64,000 bases of DNA from NCBI GenBank assembly GCA_040954595.2, contig CM082595.2, forward strand, positions 953,690-1,017,689, in the 5' to 3' direction. The translations under genes and the position numbers were made by a program. Of the stretch, positions 1 to 13,100 are shown piece after piece (the first letter of the stretch is position 1; each line of letters starts with the position of its first letter). Source of the stretch: Balanoglossus misakiensis (taxonomy: Eukaryota > Animalia > Hemichordata). Below the pieces are notes generated by a model, which worked only from the letters and a program-made list of their open reading frames with translations, made no database searches and had not been told where the DNA came from.

Positions 1-2977
1 AAAAGATGTTTCCGGTAAGAGTCAACTTTTTGGGGGGAGTTTCTGTCTTGTGTGACAGCCATACTGAAAACAACTTGCCATCGATGGTATTGGTAAACAA
101 GTTTAGAAGAGAGCAAATCTTATTACGTGTACTTCGTGCAAAACATACGCCTATTTTGTGCCGAGGCGAAGTGAATTTGAAGAGAAAAAAAGAAAACCTT
201 TGGATTTGTTGAAATACACCTTATAAATATTCTTCTTACTGTGTGCATACTAATACATGTCATAGTAAATGAGACTTTTAATGTAGTTTATCTGTACACA
301 ATACTGAGTTAGTTTTTTTGCAATCCCAAATGACAAGGTACATGTATATATCTACTTTACCTGTGACAATAACACTGTATCATTTTTCCTCCACACAGAG
401 CCAGTACTAGCCAAATGTCATCAACAACCCACAAACACCTCCACAGCTGAATATCAAATGAGAGGCAGGACATACTGGCATGCTATAAATACACCCGGCG
501 CTTCCAAAACAACAAATCCCACAATGCAGTGCTGTCAGCGTATTGAATCAGCCACAAGTATTCTGCAATTCCAAGTGTTGGCATTTTTGCACCGTAATGT
601 CACTGTATTAAACAACATTCTATTGACCAGCTGATCTAGTCTGAGACGAATTGATGTTTGCCATAAATGAAAACAACTAGTTTCCTAGAACTAATTCCAT
701 ACTTGGACCTATTTGTATTTGAATAGATCCAAAAACAACTTGAATAACAGGAACCCTTAGATTCTGACGCAGTAAGCAGGACACAAGACTGCCCCCAACA
801 ACTGTCAAATTAACTCTAACAGAACTCTTCAGAATCTGAACGTAACGGATGAAAGTCTACAAAATTGTTTTGTGGCACCAACCTGACATTTCCTGCAGCG
901 AACCAGTGGTCTGCGGTAAAACGTTTCTCACCCGACTGCATTAATGGATGAATGGGGGAAAACAACGCTGTGAGTGGGCGAGTTTTTTTTGTTGTTTCTT
1001 TGAATGAAAGAGAAAGTATGAGATAGCCTTAAGGAGGTAATCAGGGAGTTGATTGTTCAGGTCTATGGGAGACAGCTTTGTCAATACTTTCTTGTGTTAC
1101 TTCTTGTCTACAGAGCTTTAATGTTATCCAAGACTTAACTTGTAAACACGTCTGAATTCTATCAAAGTATTTATAGCCACATAATGGTTTCATTGAAATA
1201 AACAGAGAGAAAAAAAAAACACACGAATTTTTGTTATTATAATAACCTTTTTGGACGCAAACACCCCTCTGCCTTAAAATGGTCTTATCGTATTATTGCT
1301 AAGAGTCAATGTAAAGTTCCGAAAAGGTGAATTATCATTGGAAGACGAAACAAAACACTATCCAACCATCTTGGAAGCCTCGAAGATGAAATCCATCAAA
1401 ATGAGCTTGTTATCCACAAAAACAGCTCAAAGAACAAATGTTCCTTCCAACCTATAGGGAATCGAGAACCAGAAAATCACACGAAGCATCCTGTAGGGGT
1501 AGTCCTCTAAAAATATATTTAGATATAGAAATTCCCAATTAACCCCACAAGATTTCATCGCTTGCTTTATTGTCTCTTTAATGCAAATAACCCAAACTAA
1601 CTTTGTCATACAACAATGGTTGATGCCAACCTATTGCCACTATATATGAAACAAAATAATAAACAAAGCAATTTATTATCTAAATATTTGCAACAACAGT
1701 CACTAATAAATACCATTTAATCCTATGATTGATGATACAGACAGAAAGTCCATCACTACAAACATTAGCACTGCAGAGAAATGACTGCATGTTGTAAATA
1801 GACATGGTCTCATATTACAGAATATTCAAACCTATTGAGTCTTCCTCAGAAAACAAATGTTGAAATGATCTGTTCAGATTAAGTAATTTGATATGACACG
1901 GCTATACATGTACATATCTGTTCAAATAGACATGTATGCAATGTACATGTACATTGTAGTCTACAAGATGTATAGAGAGTTGAGAAGCAAGAAGCACAGA
2001 ATTTTGACAACTAACAGTCTCCAAATCCATATTAGTCAGTATCCAATGTGTGAAAACAAGCCTACCTCTAGAACCGGAGAGGATGAACACAACATCTCTC
2101 ATCTCCGTGTGTAACCATGACAACTATTGTAACAATCGAGGAAATCAGCCACTATTGATGGAAATAACACCTTGAGGTGTCTCTCTTGACAATGCTCGTC
2201 ACACGTGGCCTTCACAGGTATCAGTCAAGACGAACCGTGTGGGGGAAGATGATCAGTGACACGGTCACTGTTTGTCCGGTTACTCATTGAATTGAAATGA
2301 TGGTACAGTTTTAATGCTGATTAACTGATGAACGGTTGTTTTTCACAGCTGTTACACAGAGCAAAGTCAAAGCCAACAGAGTATAGGCAGGATTTCTAGG
2401 AAACCATGACTTAATAATGCCTGGTTGTCGGGTGTGGCCAACTGTTGCAGAGATGTCATCATCAAAATCAACATATTTAATCAGTATTGAAACAACTAAA
2501 CCCTGCTGTTACCCCACAAATGGTCAAGCAGCTCATCTGGCAGTCATTCTAGCAGTATGCGCATTGCTAAGGTTTAATGGTATAACTTTATTTGTACACA
2601 CAGCTTGTAAAATGAAAACTCGTCCACAAGTGGTTAGATAGTCAGTCACCGCATCTATACATTTTTCTGTGAATGCATCTATCAGCATCAATGCACAGTG
2701 TGTGAACTGACTCAAAATCGATATTCATTCATCTCTATTTTACGCCAATCCAAATAAAATTATTCCACAAAAGAGAACCGATATTGATATTTCAATCACA
2801 CTGTTCTTCATAAAGCACAGCTATAAATACTAAGCCATTTTACAATCACCATGCCAGGGGTTTCAGCCATCGACAGACGATTTCTGACGTGAGACGACTG
2901 GTTAACACTCCCATGTGCTCTTTTATACATATGGCTTTGTTGGATGGAGTCAGCAATTTCAGAATGAATTCTGGATA

Positions 2978-3158
2978 ACATTCATTCATTCATTCATTCA
3001 TCTATTTATTTATTTATTCATTCATTCATTCATTCATTCATCCATCCATCCATCCATTAATCCATCCATCCATTCATTCATTCATCCATCCATCCATCCA
3101 TCCATCCATCCATCCATCCATCCATCCATTCATTCATTCATTCATTCATTCATTCATT
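2978..3158. repeat. Compound tetranucleotide microsatellite (CATT)n/(TATT)n/(CATC)n
   Basis: Directly visible. Confidence 0.97.
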
Positions 3159-4153
3159 CCCAAATCAGCTACTCTCTCATGACCTGCCAAATTTCTTCTG
3201 CAATGGATGTGGCATGACAGTTAACATACACAAAAGAAATCATTTTGGCCTATCAGATCACATATCAATCATTGTGGGGTAACTTTTCAAAAAATCAGCT
3301 CCCAGACAAACAAGAAATTAGTACTTTATGGCCTGTTGAATATATACTAGCACCAGCCTTTGTCCCGAATGTGGGTCAGTTGTAAACTAGATTGAGCCTT
3401 GTCTAGAATTACTGGGAAACATGTGCTCAATGGAATGTCTATTAACCACCAGGGAAGGCAGGCTTTTCAGAGACACAGATGGGAATGTGGGGAGACTTGA
3501 CTACACGTTTTGACAGATCTGTTTCCAAGGACTTTATGGATAAGGGGAGAACCATTTGATTTCAGGGGGTGGAGGGTTTGGGTACTGGGATACATGTTGA
3601 AGTGAGACTTTAAATTATAGTCTTCCTGGTTCATTCCTTTCATCATGATATTCATTATGATTTTGCGAGTTCCTCTTCAATTCATAGGTATGAAGAAACG
3701 GGTTGGAGAGACTCGCACAATGCACATGAAATTACAATGTGATAAACACCCTGCAGAACTTCTTGCATACTTTAAGTTGATGACAAATTTTGTCTTTCCT
3801 GAAATATAGTATTATGTTGAGCAACCACATATCAATTGCCATTTACCGGTTCTGTATTTAACTGCGAAAAATCACTCTGATGTTTGCCTTGAGTAGACAT
3901 ACTGTCACATGGCATGCATGACCTGCTTTCAGGGTGAGACCAACAGGATCATGTTACCAATGGCCTTTCAATTCTATTTCCAAAAACAAAAGAATTAATC
4001 AAATATACAAGATATGATGAAAGGCACCAGCCCACTATTCCAGGTAACACCTGGTCCCGTAAAAATGTTGATACTCTTGACTAGCTCCGGAATTACAGAC
4101 TCAAAGAACTTGTTTACTTATTTCGAGCCATCCTTTGTCAACAAGTTACTCAC

Positions 4154-4400
4154 CTATTATACGGTTTTTTCGCTTGTCAAACAACACAGTATCAAATGGA
4201 TTCGTTGGCTAAGTTTTGGAACCATCAACTCTTGATTCATGACACTGTCTTCAGTCGACGATACGCGTGTTTTAGGGGTACGATACATACATTCGAAGAC
4301 AATATACGTTTGGTGTGAACACTGTTGTTTTCCGGACGTTCAAAGTCCTGTTATTTTCTTACTCATGCGAGTGACCTCGACACCCGGCCAACTTTGACGA
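4154..4400 (-). other. Possible alternative first exon of the same minus-strand gene
   Basis: Donor ...AATAG|GTGAGT at 4154/4153 at the edge of the CpG-rich block. The 5' end is approximate. Confidence 0.3.
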
Positions 4401-4938
4401 AAGCGGAAGCAGTATGCAATGATGCGTGTATATTTCACTGTCCAGTCCCGTTCCATTTTATTAGCCTTTCGCGAAGTGACATCATTTTTCATTCTTTGTG
4501 ATGACATTTTAGAATGTCTATAATCTCAATTACTGTTCTGATTGCTCAATTCTGCTCGCCAACCCATCAAAGTTCAGATCACATCAGGATGATTCGCATG
4601 ACAGAAGTTTCATCGCTAGCGGCGCCCGGCCGGTTTCTTCAATGAAATGAAACCCATGTCGCTTGCAGTTACGATTATAATCATCAATCAACCATTTACA
4701 CTTAAGATGACAGCACCCAACAAAATATATTTATCTTAAACATTCATACATATTATTGTCAATGTTCGGTGACAATACCGAGTCGCAGATTTAACGTAAG
4801 TGACGTTGACTTGCGTGTTTACATGATAACGTCAATGAAAATGTCAATTTCATTGAAGGGCGACGCAAGCGTCGAAAATCAAAACAACTCACTCACGCGC
4901 TGATGACGCCAATTTCGCCCCGGGAAAGGGGTACTTAC

Positions 4939-5100
4939 CTTATACCAGAACTACAACAACGTCGATTTCTTAAAAACATCTTTACGCACGGGATTCAAAT
5001 GTATTCATTCAAGAATATCGCATATTTCGCGAGAAAAGACCAAATTCAAACTTGTCAACAACTTCCGCCATGTTTTACTCCCAGCATCCGTCTGTTCAAT
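4939..5100 (-). other. Probable non-coding first exon of a minus-strand gene whose CDS lies left of the window; contains a 20-aa upstream ORF (5071-5009)
   Basis: Strong donor ...TATAAG|GTAAGT at 4939/4938 and YY1-like AACATGGCGG. The ATG at 5071 reads MAEVVDKFEFGLFSRNMRYS* and stops before the donor. The 5' end is approximate. Confidence 0.55.
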
Positions 5101-5437
5101 TACACGCGAATAAACTATTAAACACTGTATTTTGTAAACAATTTCTCCTTTAAAGTATATCTTTTTCAAAGTCATTCATACTGAATATTTAAGTAGTTGA
5201 TAGTTGATATAGACAATTTAAATTGTATTTTTGCCGCAAACATCGAGATGTATCTTGTTATATATCTGGAGGTGAATAGTTCAAATTTTATAGTTAAGTA
5301 TTCCGTTTAAGCGTGGTGCGAAGCCTAGCCAGTATACATTTCCTATTTGGGGTTGATACTGGTGAAGCTGGATATCCATTCTCTTGTGATTTTGTAAGTT
5401 TCGTGGCGTCTGTCGCGATCGCGAACCCACAGGAAGT

Positions 5438-5444
5438 ATGGCGG
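5438..5444 (+). CDS. ZMAT3: Probable first coding micro-exon (ATG GCG G) of the ZMAT3-like gene
   Basis: ATGGCGG|GTAGGT is a phase-1 donor. It joins the phase-1 acceptor at 21791 to give MAVVQSPRGKKRK... across a 16.3-kb intron. An alternative start is the ATG at 21832. Confidence 0.5.
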
Positions 5445-8400
5445 GTAGGTAACAAATATTTAAGTCATATGCATAGTTACGTGTGTCGCACAGTGACCAA
5501 GTTTGATCGATTTTCCCCGATTGTTTTGAATTTAAAGCGTGCGCGTGTTTTGTTGTGTACATTTCAACCATTGACTGTCGTCTGCAACAAGAGAAGCGGT
5601 AAGCATAAAACGCGATTTCATCAGAGTATTTCCCGATCTTCATCAATTGAATGTCTATGTACAATAATAAATCTGAATCTTTGTGTTTGAGTAGGAAGAA
5701 AGTTCGACATGCACGTAATTACACAATCTTGTGCGTTTCTAATCAAGCGTCTCACGGACGCGCGCGCGCGGGGATAGACCGCCACCAGCCGCTCGATTTA
5801 CGCATGTTCATATATTTCATGCACATCGAAAAGTTTTCCTGCATACAGGGTCACCAATAAAATGTTTTTACCTTGATCCCTGATTACTTGGAACACATGG
5901 AAAAACAGAATAGAAATGTACGCTGTATGGCAATTTAAAATCATTAAATATTTATAAAACACTTAAATTTTAAAACATTACTGTTGAAATTATTCGTTGC
6001 TAAGTCACCGGTTTAGATTTTTGGTAGGGTAAATTAATAACCAATCTCGTTCTTTTTTTCCTTTTCGATAGTTTAGTTTACTGGTTTGAAATTGGACCAG
6101 CTGTAGGATTGAGAATTTCATGACATAATTTATAGACAGGGTTTAAATTGTAATAAGTTTGACAAAGCCTCAGGAGAAGGGAGTGTTAAAACTGCGTACG
6201 TGAGTTGTATCATAATGATATTACTTGTATATATCCAGAGTGTAATGCGAACGGACAACCTCACTGTTATTCACTGTCAATAAAGTTGTTTTATTGCTAA
6301 TATAGCAGCTACAAATAAACCATTTTGTGTCCTGCACTGGGAATAAATAAATTCCTTTTGCTTTAAGTAATAGCATCCTCTCACACAGGTTATTTTGACT
6401 GGGAGGGTCTGAATAGTACAGTTGAACTATAGTGCATCTGTGGTTGAACAGTAGCACTATTGTTTTCGCATTTCAATGAGAGATTTTGAGGACACTAACC
6501 AGTGTGGAGAAGGTTGTAAGGCGTTTGTAGAAATGTCAATATTCATCCTTTATCAGAACCCAGTCGGCCAGTTTTACTTAGAAACAGTCAATATTTGTGT
6601 CTGCACTGACTTGTGCCAAGGTTCAAATACCAGTCACATTACACCATTGCAGTCATCCTATACTCCCTAATAACATCACACACGTTGCATTATCGTCAAT
6701 GCACCCTATTAATGTATTGAGAAAACTACCAGAATCGTTTATTTCCAGCTGCTCTGACGTGCTTCACATGGAAAAAGTCATTTTATACTATCTGAAAAGT
6801 TTAATTAATTGTAAATATGTAGCAAAACTTCATCTGTTAAGTAAATATTTGAACACTGTATCGATCTTGCAACTTACAGCCACTTCACAGGGAATGGATC
6901 ACTGTAGTTGAAATGTACGCATGTGGAAATCTGTGTTGTATTTCTGCACAATTCTGCAAAGAGTCCACAGGCACAAACAGTTTGCAGGTCTATGATCAGT
7001 TGTCTGCAAGTTTAACTGTTCAATTTGTTACAGTGTTTCAAATGATAATGAACACATTATCTAATTGCTCAGTATATAGTTACACTAATGTGGAGTTTAA
7101 CTGAAATGTACATATTGTTTTAAACAGTTACAGTGTATTCTGTGACGTTATGTATATTGCCTAGAAAAGTGTATTGCCAAATGTTTAATTGACTAGAAGT
7201 AGTTGTATTTTTGTTTTTAAAAAATGGTTATGAGTGAAACATCTTTACATGGTTTCTAAATTTTGTTTGACTTGGCTACAAGTCAAAGTTATGCAAGTAG
7301 TGTCAGTTATGTGTGTAGACATTACTCATTCAAGTCAGCAGTCTTGTATTGTTTGGAAAAGCTGTGCGTGAAGTCAATTGAGTGCCCAGCTTGTGATGAA
7401 AGCAGTTAAAGGCCGGTCTTTGTGAAGTGAAAGTGTTCCCAACGGCATAAGGGTACAATACAGGGACTGGAACAAAATAGATGTGTACATACATATTCAA
7501 TCAGGAATGTACCAGACAGAAAAGGAATTTTTGTTCCAGTCATTGTACACTTCAAGGGGGAACTGGTGTGTTTGCATTTAGACTTGGCTAGGAGTGTGTT
7601 GTTATACAGAATCTTAGTGGCTAGTCCAATTATAGCGTTAACAAAGACAATACAAACACAAACACCAACAAAGGCAGTAACCAAAGTTATCTTGGTACTA
7701 ATGATGCACTGACCACAGTTCTCATTTTCTACTCTCTAAAACATGATTATATGCCAAATATTCAGCTTGTCTACATTATGTTCTGGTACACATATAAAGT
7801 GAAATTTTATTGTTGACTTTAAATTTTATCTTAGACCTGACGTAAAAATGTTTGGGAGTGTGAATACAAGCTGAATACTGGGCATGTGAACATGTTGTAG
7901 GGAGTAGAACAAGAAACTTCTGTTACAGCTTGTGAAAACATGCAGTGATGCAGAGCCAGACATTTCAGAGTCAAACCCAGCACAGCTTGTATGTGCCATT
8001 GAAGACATCCAGACAAAACAGTTAAATATAGAAGTTGCCAGTATCTTATCAGAAACATGATAGGGTCATTTTGTATTAATCAGCCACTCAACTCAGTAGT
8101 TGTCCCGAGGTCATTTTCAGGTCATCCAAATCGGGTTTAATGATATTGAAGAGTTACACATAAAAATGATGTATTGCAATATCGCAAAATTCATATGTGG
8201 AGCCTGTATCATAGACATTTTATTTTGTCAGAGAAGGCATTATTTTGCCACTCTGACAAAAAGAAACTCCAAGCTGTTTTGAAATTGATTGTAGAAAGAA
8301 ACCAACAAAGATGATCAGTCATTTCCTTTACATAGTTCATTCAGACTGGGGACACCGCTGTAAATACCCAAATCACAAACAGTTTGCAAGTTTTGCATAT

Positions 8401-10016
8401 ACCAGTAGATTTATTTGACTCTCCAAATATACTATGGATGACTGGTAGTACAGATGCCAACAGGGACAGCCACTGCAGACACAAGGGATGTAGGCTGTAT
8501 GCATGGAAAAATACAACAGTGGAAAGTGACAACATATATAATGTTCATAACACAACACATGGAAAACAGTACAGCAATGGTAAATACAGACATCACAGTT
8601 GGTTTCAGTACCAGTTGCCAACCTTTCTAATGGCTTATGTGAGCAGTTGTCATTTCTGTGAGTTCAGAAGCACAACTCCTCAGTTGTCTTGTAGTCTCCA
8701 GAAAGTCAGTATCTCGAGCTCAATCTGTGCTTCCATGTTACCCAATCTCAACAATGATTGTGCACACACAAGTCCAGACATCTTCCTTGCTGGTAGAATC
8801 ACTCTCACTGCATGTAGTTGGCACCAAAGCAGGCCTGAAAGTCCTACCAGAAACGAGCTCAAACTGTCACTCACTCAAGCTGCTGGGCCCCATATGCCAA
8901 TCTGCCAAGAATCATGGGCCGCCAGCCTTTCATACAACTTCCCAGGTGTACTGCTCTGCATAGTTTTCTTTTCAATCAAGGGGATAATATATTCATGGCT
9001 ATTGTTAGCAGTGCTGCACTGTCAATTGTTGAAGTTTGAGTCCCGAATATTCATGAGGGGAGAAGTGCACCCTGGCTTGAGATTATGTAATTGGCCACAT
9101 TGATGACCCTTGTGACCTTAACATCCTGGCATTTTGTTGGCTAGAGTTTCATCCCTGAAACAGTTGACCATACTATGGAATCTGTGCACTCTAACTCATC
9201 CTATAATAAAAATGTTGGATATCATCTCTTGCAAAATGGACAGTGTTGTATGTAACTTTCATGATGTACCAACAAAACACCAGGATGTAAGGTCACTCAG
9301 GGGTCATGAAAGTGGCCAATAGCCACTGATTATGTAAATTAGTCATGGAAAAGTTTGATACTTTTACCCAGAATGCACATCTTTGAAGCCCTACCTTCCC
9401 TTTTAACCAGCTAGTTCGGATACACAAAATATTTAATGGCTCACTCTCTACCTGGATTGTAACAACCACATAATAAAACCAGATGACATGATACACACTA
9501 GTCTTACATATAGCACACAATACATTACACAGATTGATAGTACAGACCAGACTAAATCATGTATATGAATCAGATTATTATCATATCATTGTTTTGGGGA
9601 AATTTGGCAGAGACTTTCAAAACAGATCCAGGGTGTATATCATCCATGTGAATCATCAGTATTACATGACATCAGTGCGTGACCCCTCAGTGTTTGGGTA
9701 TTATCATCTCTCCCATTTCATGTCAGATTGTCTCAAGGCTAGATGTGTTTTGATAAGCCAAAGCCCTAGGTGATATGCGTGTATCATCTCTGATCTCATC
9801 GCTAGAATAACAGCCACCGTGTGTCTCATTGATAACAAAATGTTTCATGCTGTTTAGTCTGTTCATTCATTGTGGAGATGTTTATATTTTGTCTGAATGG
9901 AGGAATAGATTCTACACTGTGTTTCTGGGTTGTACGTCTGTTTACAATCTGGTTAGCATTTGTAATAAAGTTCATTTTGCCACGCAGTTTGCCAAAGTTA
10001 TTATGAATCCCTTTTA

Positions 10017-10039
10017 TCATCATCATCATCATCTAAATG

Positions 10040-10099
<60 letters not shown>

Positions 10100-10176
10100 A
10101 CATCATCATCATCATCATCATCATCATGGTCATCAACATCATGGTCATCAACATCATCAACAACATCATCATCATC
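10017..10176. repeat. (CAT)n trinucleotide microsatellite, imperfect
   Basis: Directly visible; it explains the poly-I/S/M/D ORFs. Confidence 0.97.
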
Positions 10177-13100
10177 AGCGATTGAAATTGCATCTGTATA
10201 CCAATATAGCAGTATAAAGATAGTAACAATGGTTGCTTGATGCAATTTGCTCTGTCTTTTACCATTTAATGCATTCTGTGGAAGAGTACTTTCTCAGTCT
10301 GTCTGTAAGAGAAGTGCATGGGGACCAGCCTATGCAAATACACAGGGCACAGCTTTACAAGTTAAATGTTTAATAGTCAACGAGAGGCATGTTGAACAGA
10401 TGTAACCTTGTCTGCATGCCACATGTTATTCTAGAGTGGGCCAGTTGAAAAGCATTCATCTGACGCCAAGACAACTTCTATCTCAATGGTCTATTGCTGT
10501 ATTCTCAGACATTTTGTGGTTCTGTGTCTGAAAGCATGTCTTGTCTTTTGATGAGTTGGTGGCATTAAGAGACCATTGTCTGACGTGGAGTGATTTATGC
10601 TCTGCAGTTCATGCATCACACTATGCATTGTGAGATCTGTGAAGTCAATCAACCTCTGTTTACCACAGTGCAGATGTCATATATAAAAGGAACAAATGAT
10701 AGTTGCTAACTTTTAACATCATTTGGGTTATTTTAGTGACTTTCTGTTGATCTACTCACCAAAACATGCTAAATGACCAATTGTCATGGCTCAGTTCACT
10801 ACCCATACATGGACAGTATGTTTCTCAAGTTTCAATGACTATGTTCATCTTCAAGATAATATTGAAAATAAACTGACAGTTATGTCGCACCTCAAATGGG
10901 AAATTGTTAACCGTTTACAAGACACGCATTTACTCGTGAATGAAGACTCAACTTCTATCTCTGCACACATTCCTAAACTGATGAGTTTCTCTTGGGATGT
11001 TGTCAGTCCCTACGTGTGAAGGAGACAGTTATAAATGGTTCTTCAGAATCCTCAAAATTTGAAGTGGCCTTTCAGAATGACTCCAGTTTTCAGTGGATAA
11101 CAGTATCTTCATGCCTTACTGACTCTATTCAATACCAGGTCATAGTGTTTTTTTCATTTTGTAGCCAGAGACATGTTTATCTTGTAAATTTTGACCTAAA
11201 TTTTGACATTTTACCAAACACGCCAGACATTGCTCTGAAGGAAAGGTACAAAGAAAAGAGACTATAAAAAGCAAATCATTTTATTGAATGTAGTTCAATT
11301 TTTTCTCTTCTTTCAACCATGTCTTTCAGAACCAATGTGTTGTGCAATAATGAATAAGTTTAGCTTCACAACTGATGAGCACGATTGTAATTAGCTTCGT
11401 TATACGGTATTTAATTAGCACATATCAATATCTGGCACTAGGAATACAATTCTGATTGCTAAATTACAGGATGATAGTAATTTCTTTGATGATAAGAGTT
11501 TCAGAATGGCTGCCAGATGATGACAGTTATACAAATAAGTTAATTTGGTCGTGCAAGGAAATCTGCAGATGATTGCATTAGAAGTGTATAAAACACAAAT
11601 GTTTTACATTTGAACATTTAGTCTTGCTTGTGTAATGTACAATACCATTGAGTCTGGCTTGTGTAAGAATATACAACACCACGTTCATTCTCCAATCTCA
11701 GGAATCAGACAAAAGTCACAAATGTAAAAATACACTAGGTCAGCTAGACCATGACAAACAAACAAAAACCTCCATCCAGCGAGTGAACAACTTGAAACTG
11801 GAGACTGGAAGATTATTTGGTTCAAGTGACAGAAATGTATGGTTATCGTATTGACCAGTGCTAAGAAAAGGTTTCCTAAAATATCACAAGTCAAATAGAG
11901 AATAAAGGAATTCACATCCATTCCTGTTGATGGATGAAAGACCATGGCATTTGTGGTCTAAACTACCCAGAGTATATACATGTCATGTTCAGAAAACTGG
12001 CAAAGTTCCAAAGTATGGTAACTACTGAATTCCACTGCTTCTCGAGTGCATAATCAAGCATTGGCTAGATCGATGACTTTCAAATATTTCATCACATTTC
12101 TACGGAGTCATGACACAAAAGATACCGACAAGCTAATAATCTGACTCAGATTATTTCTTTGTGAGTAATATTGAGTCTTTCGGATTGTTATGAACAGATC
12201 CGGTGTTTGGTGTTGCGTTGCTCTATTTCAATCGTGCGGTTTACTATTTACAGAATCCCAGTGCATCGACATGTAGTAGACATTTATGATGACGTGTATG
12301 TGCTTGGCAATCTATATGAATCAATATCAGTTCATTTCCTGGATTTTAATGTTTCGCAAAATTTAAATATTTGCTCACAGTTCAGTTTGGTAATATGCTA
12401 TTATGTACCAGTGCGTAAGTAAATTGATTAATCAATGTTGTCTTTTGAATAATAACCAATGGATATTTGTTGAATATTCATAATAATAATGGCTTTATTT
12501 ACAATGCTATTACACAAGAAATTCAGCTGTGTATGTTAGCGCTTAAGGCATGTGTATGATGAGATGTTTAAAATTTAATATGTAATTAAAAAAAAGTCAT
12601 TTATCAGTGAGAGAGGTGAAGGCTAATTGCCTGGCTGTGTTGCATTGCAATCGATATGATGGATTTTCATGATTAAAATACTCATATGTGCATTGATAAG
12701 TCGAAACATGCCGACATAAAAAATTAACACCTCGCTCTTTTACATGTACACATTCCCCATCTTCACTATCCAAGGTATGATTAATTCAGCTGAGGACAAC
12801 CTAGACAAGCCATGCGTATCAGACATTGTTCATTCCTGTTCAAAAGTTGATGGATTCAAAGAAAGAAAGATGCTTCTTGAAACTAGTGGAGAGTCTAGAC
12901 CAAATGGTGTCACTTTCAGTGTTTGTTTGCATTGCAAAGTCATGGTTGGAGGCTTATAAATGTCTTGTAATCTGATTGTGACTTTCACCCCTACTAATCT
13001 GTCCTATGATTGGCTGATGTGAGCTTGACCTTTGACCCAGTCATATATTTGATACATCAGTGACTTGAACCACATGCAGAGAATAAGGGCAATGGACGTG

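Larger units (their letters stand above)
4200..5820. promoter_or_regulatory. CpG-rich bidirectional promoter region (unidentified minus-strand gene / ZMAT3-like plus-strand gene)
   Basis: Local CpG enrichment against a CpG-poor background. YY1-type start motifs point outward (minus AACATGGCGG 5074-5065; plus GGAAGTATGGCG 5432-5443). TCGCGA/CGCG elements at ~4467, ~5026 and ~5413-5424. Splice donors lie downstream of each motif on opposite strands. Confidence 0.7.

Noticed and set aside
6-212. 68-aa ORF at the window start and possible minus-strand donors at ~360 and ~931
   Set aside because: No domain and no consistent exon structure could be established.
8384-9103. 239-aa ORF in ZMAT3 intron 1 (longest unexplained ORF)
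   Set aside because: TTG start, no recognisable domain, composition not protein-like and no convincing splice context. It may be decayed repeat sequence, but I cannot support that.
9826-10265. Poly-I/M/D/S ORFs
   Set aside because: Translations of the (CAT)n microsatellite. The same applies to the ORFs at 2915, 43452/43457 and 54566.
11618-11680. ~30-bp imperfect tandem duplication
   Set aside because: Ordinary slippage-type duplication in an intron.
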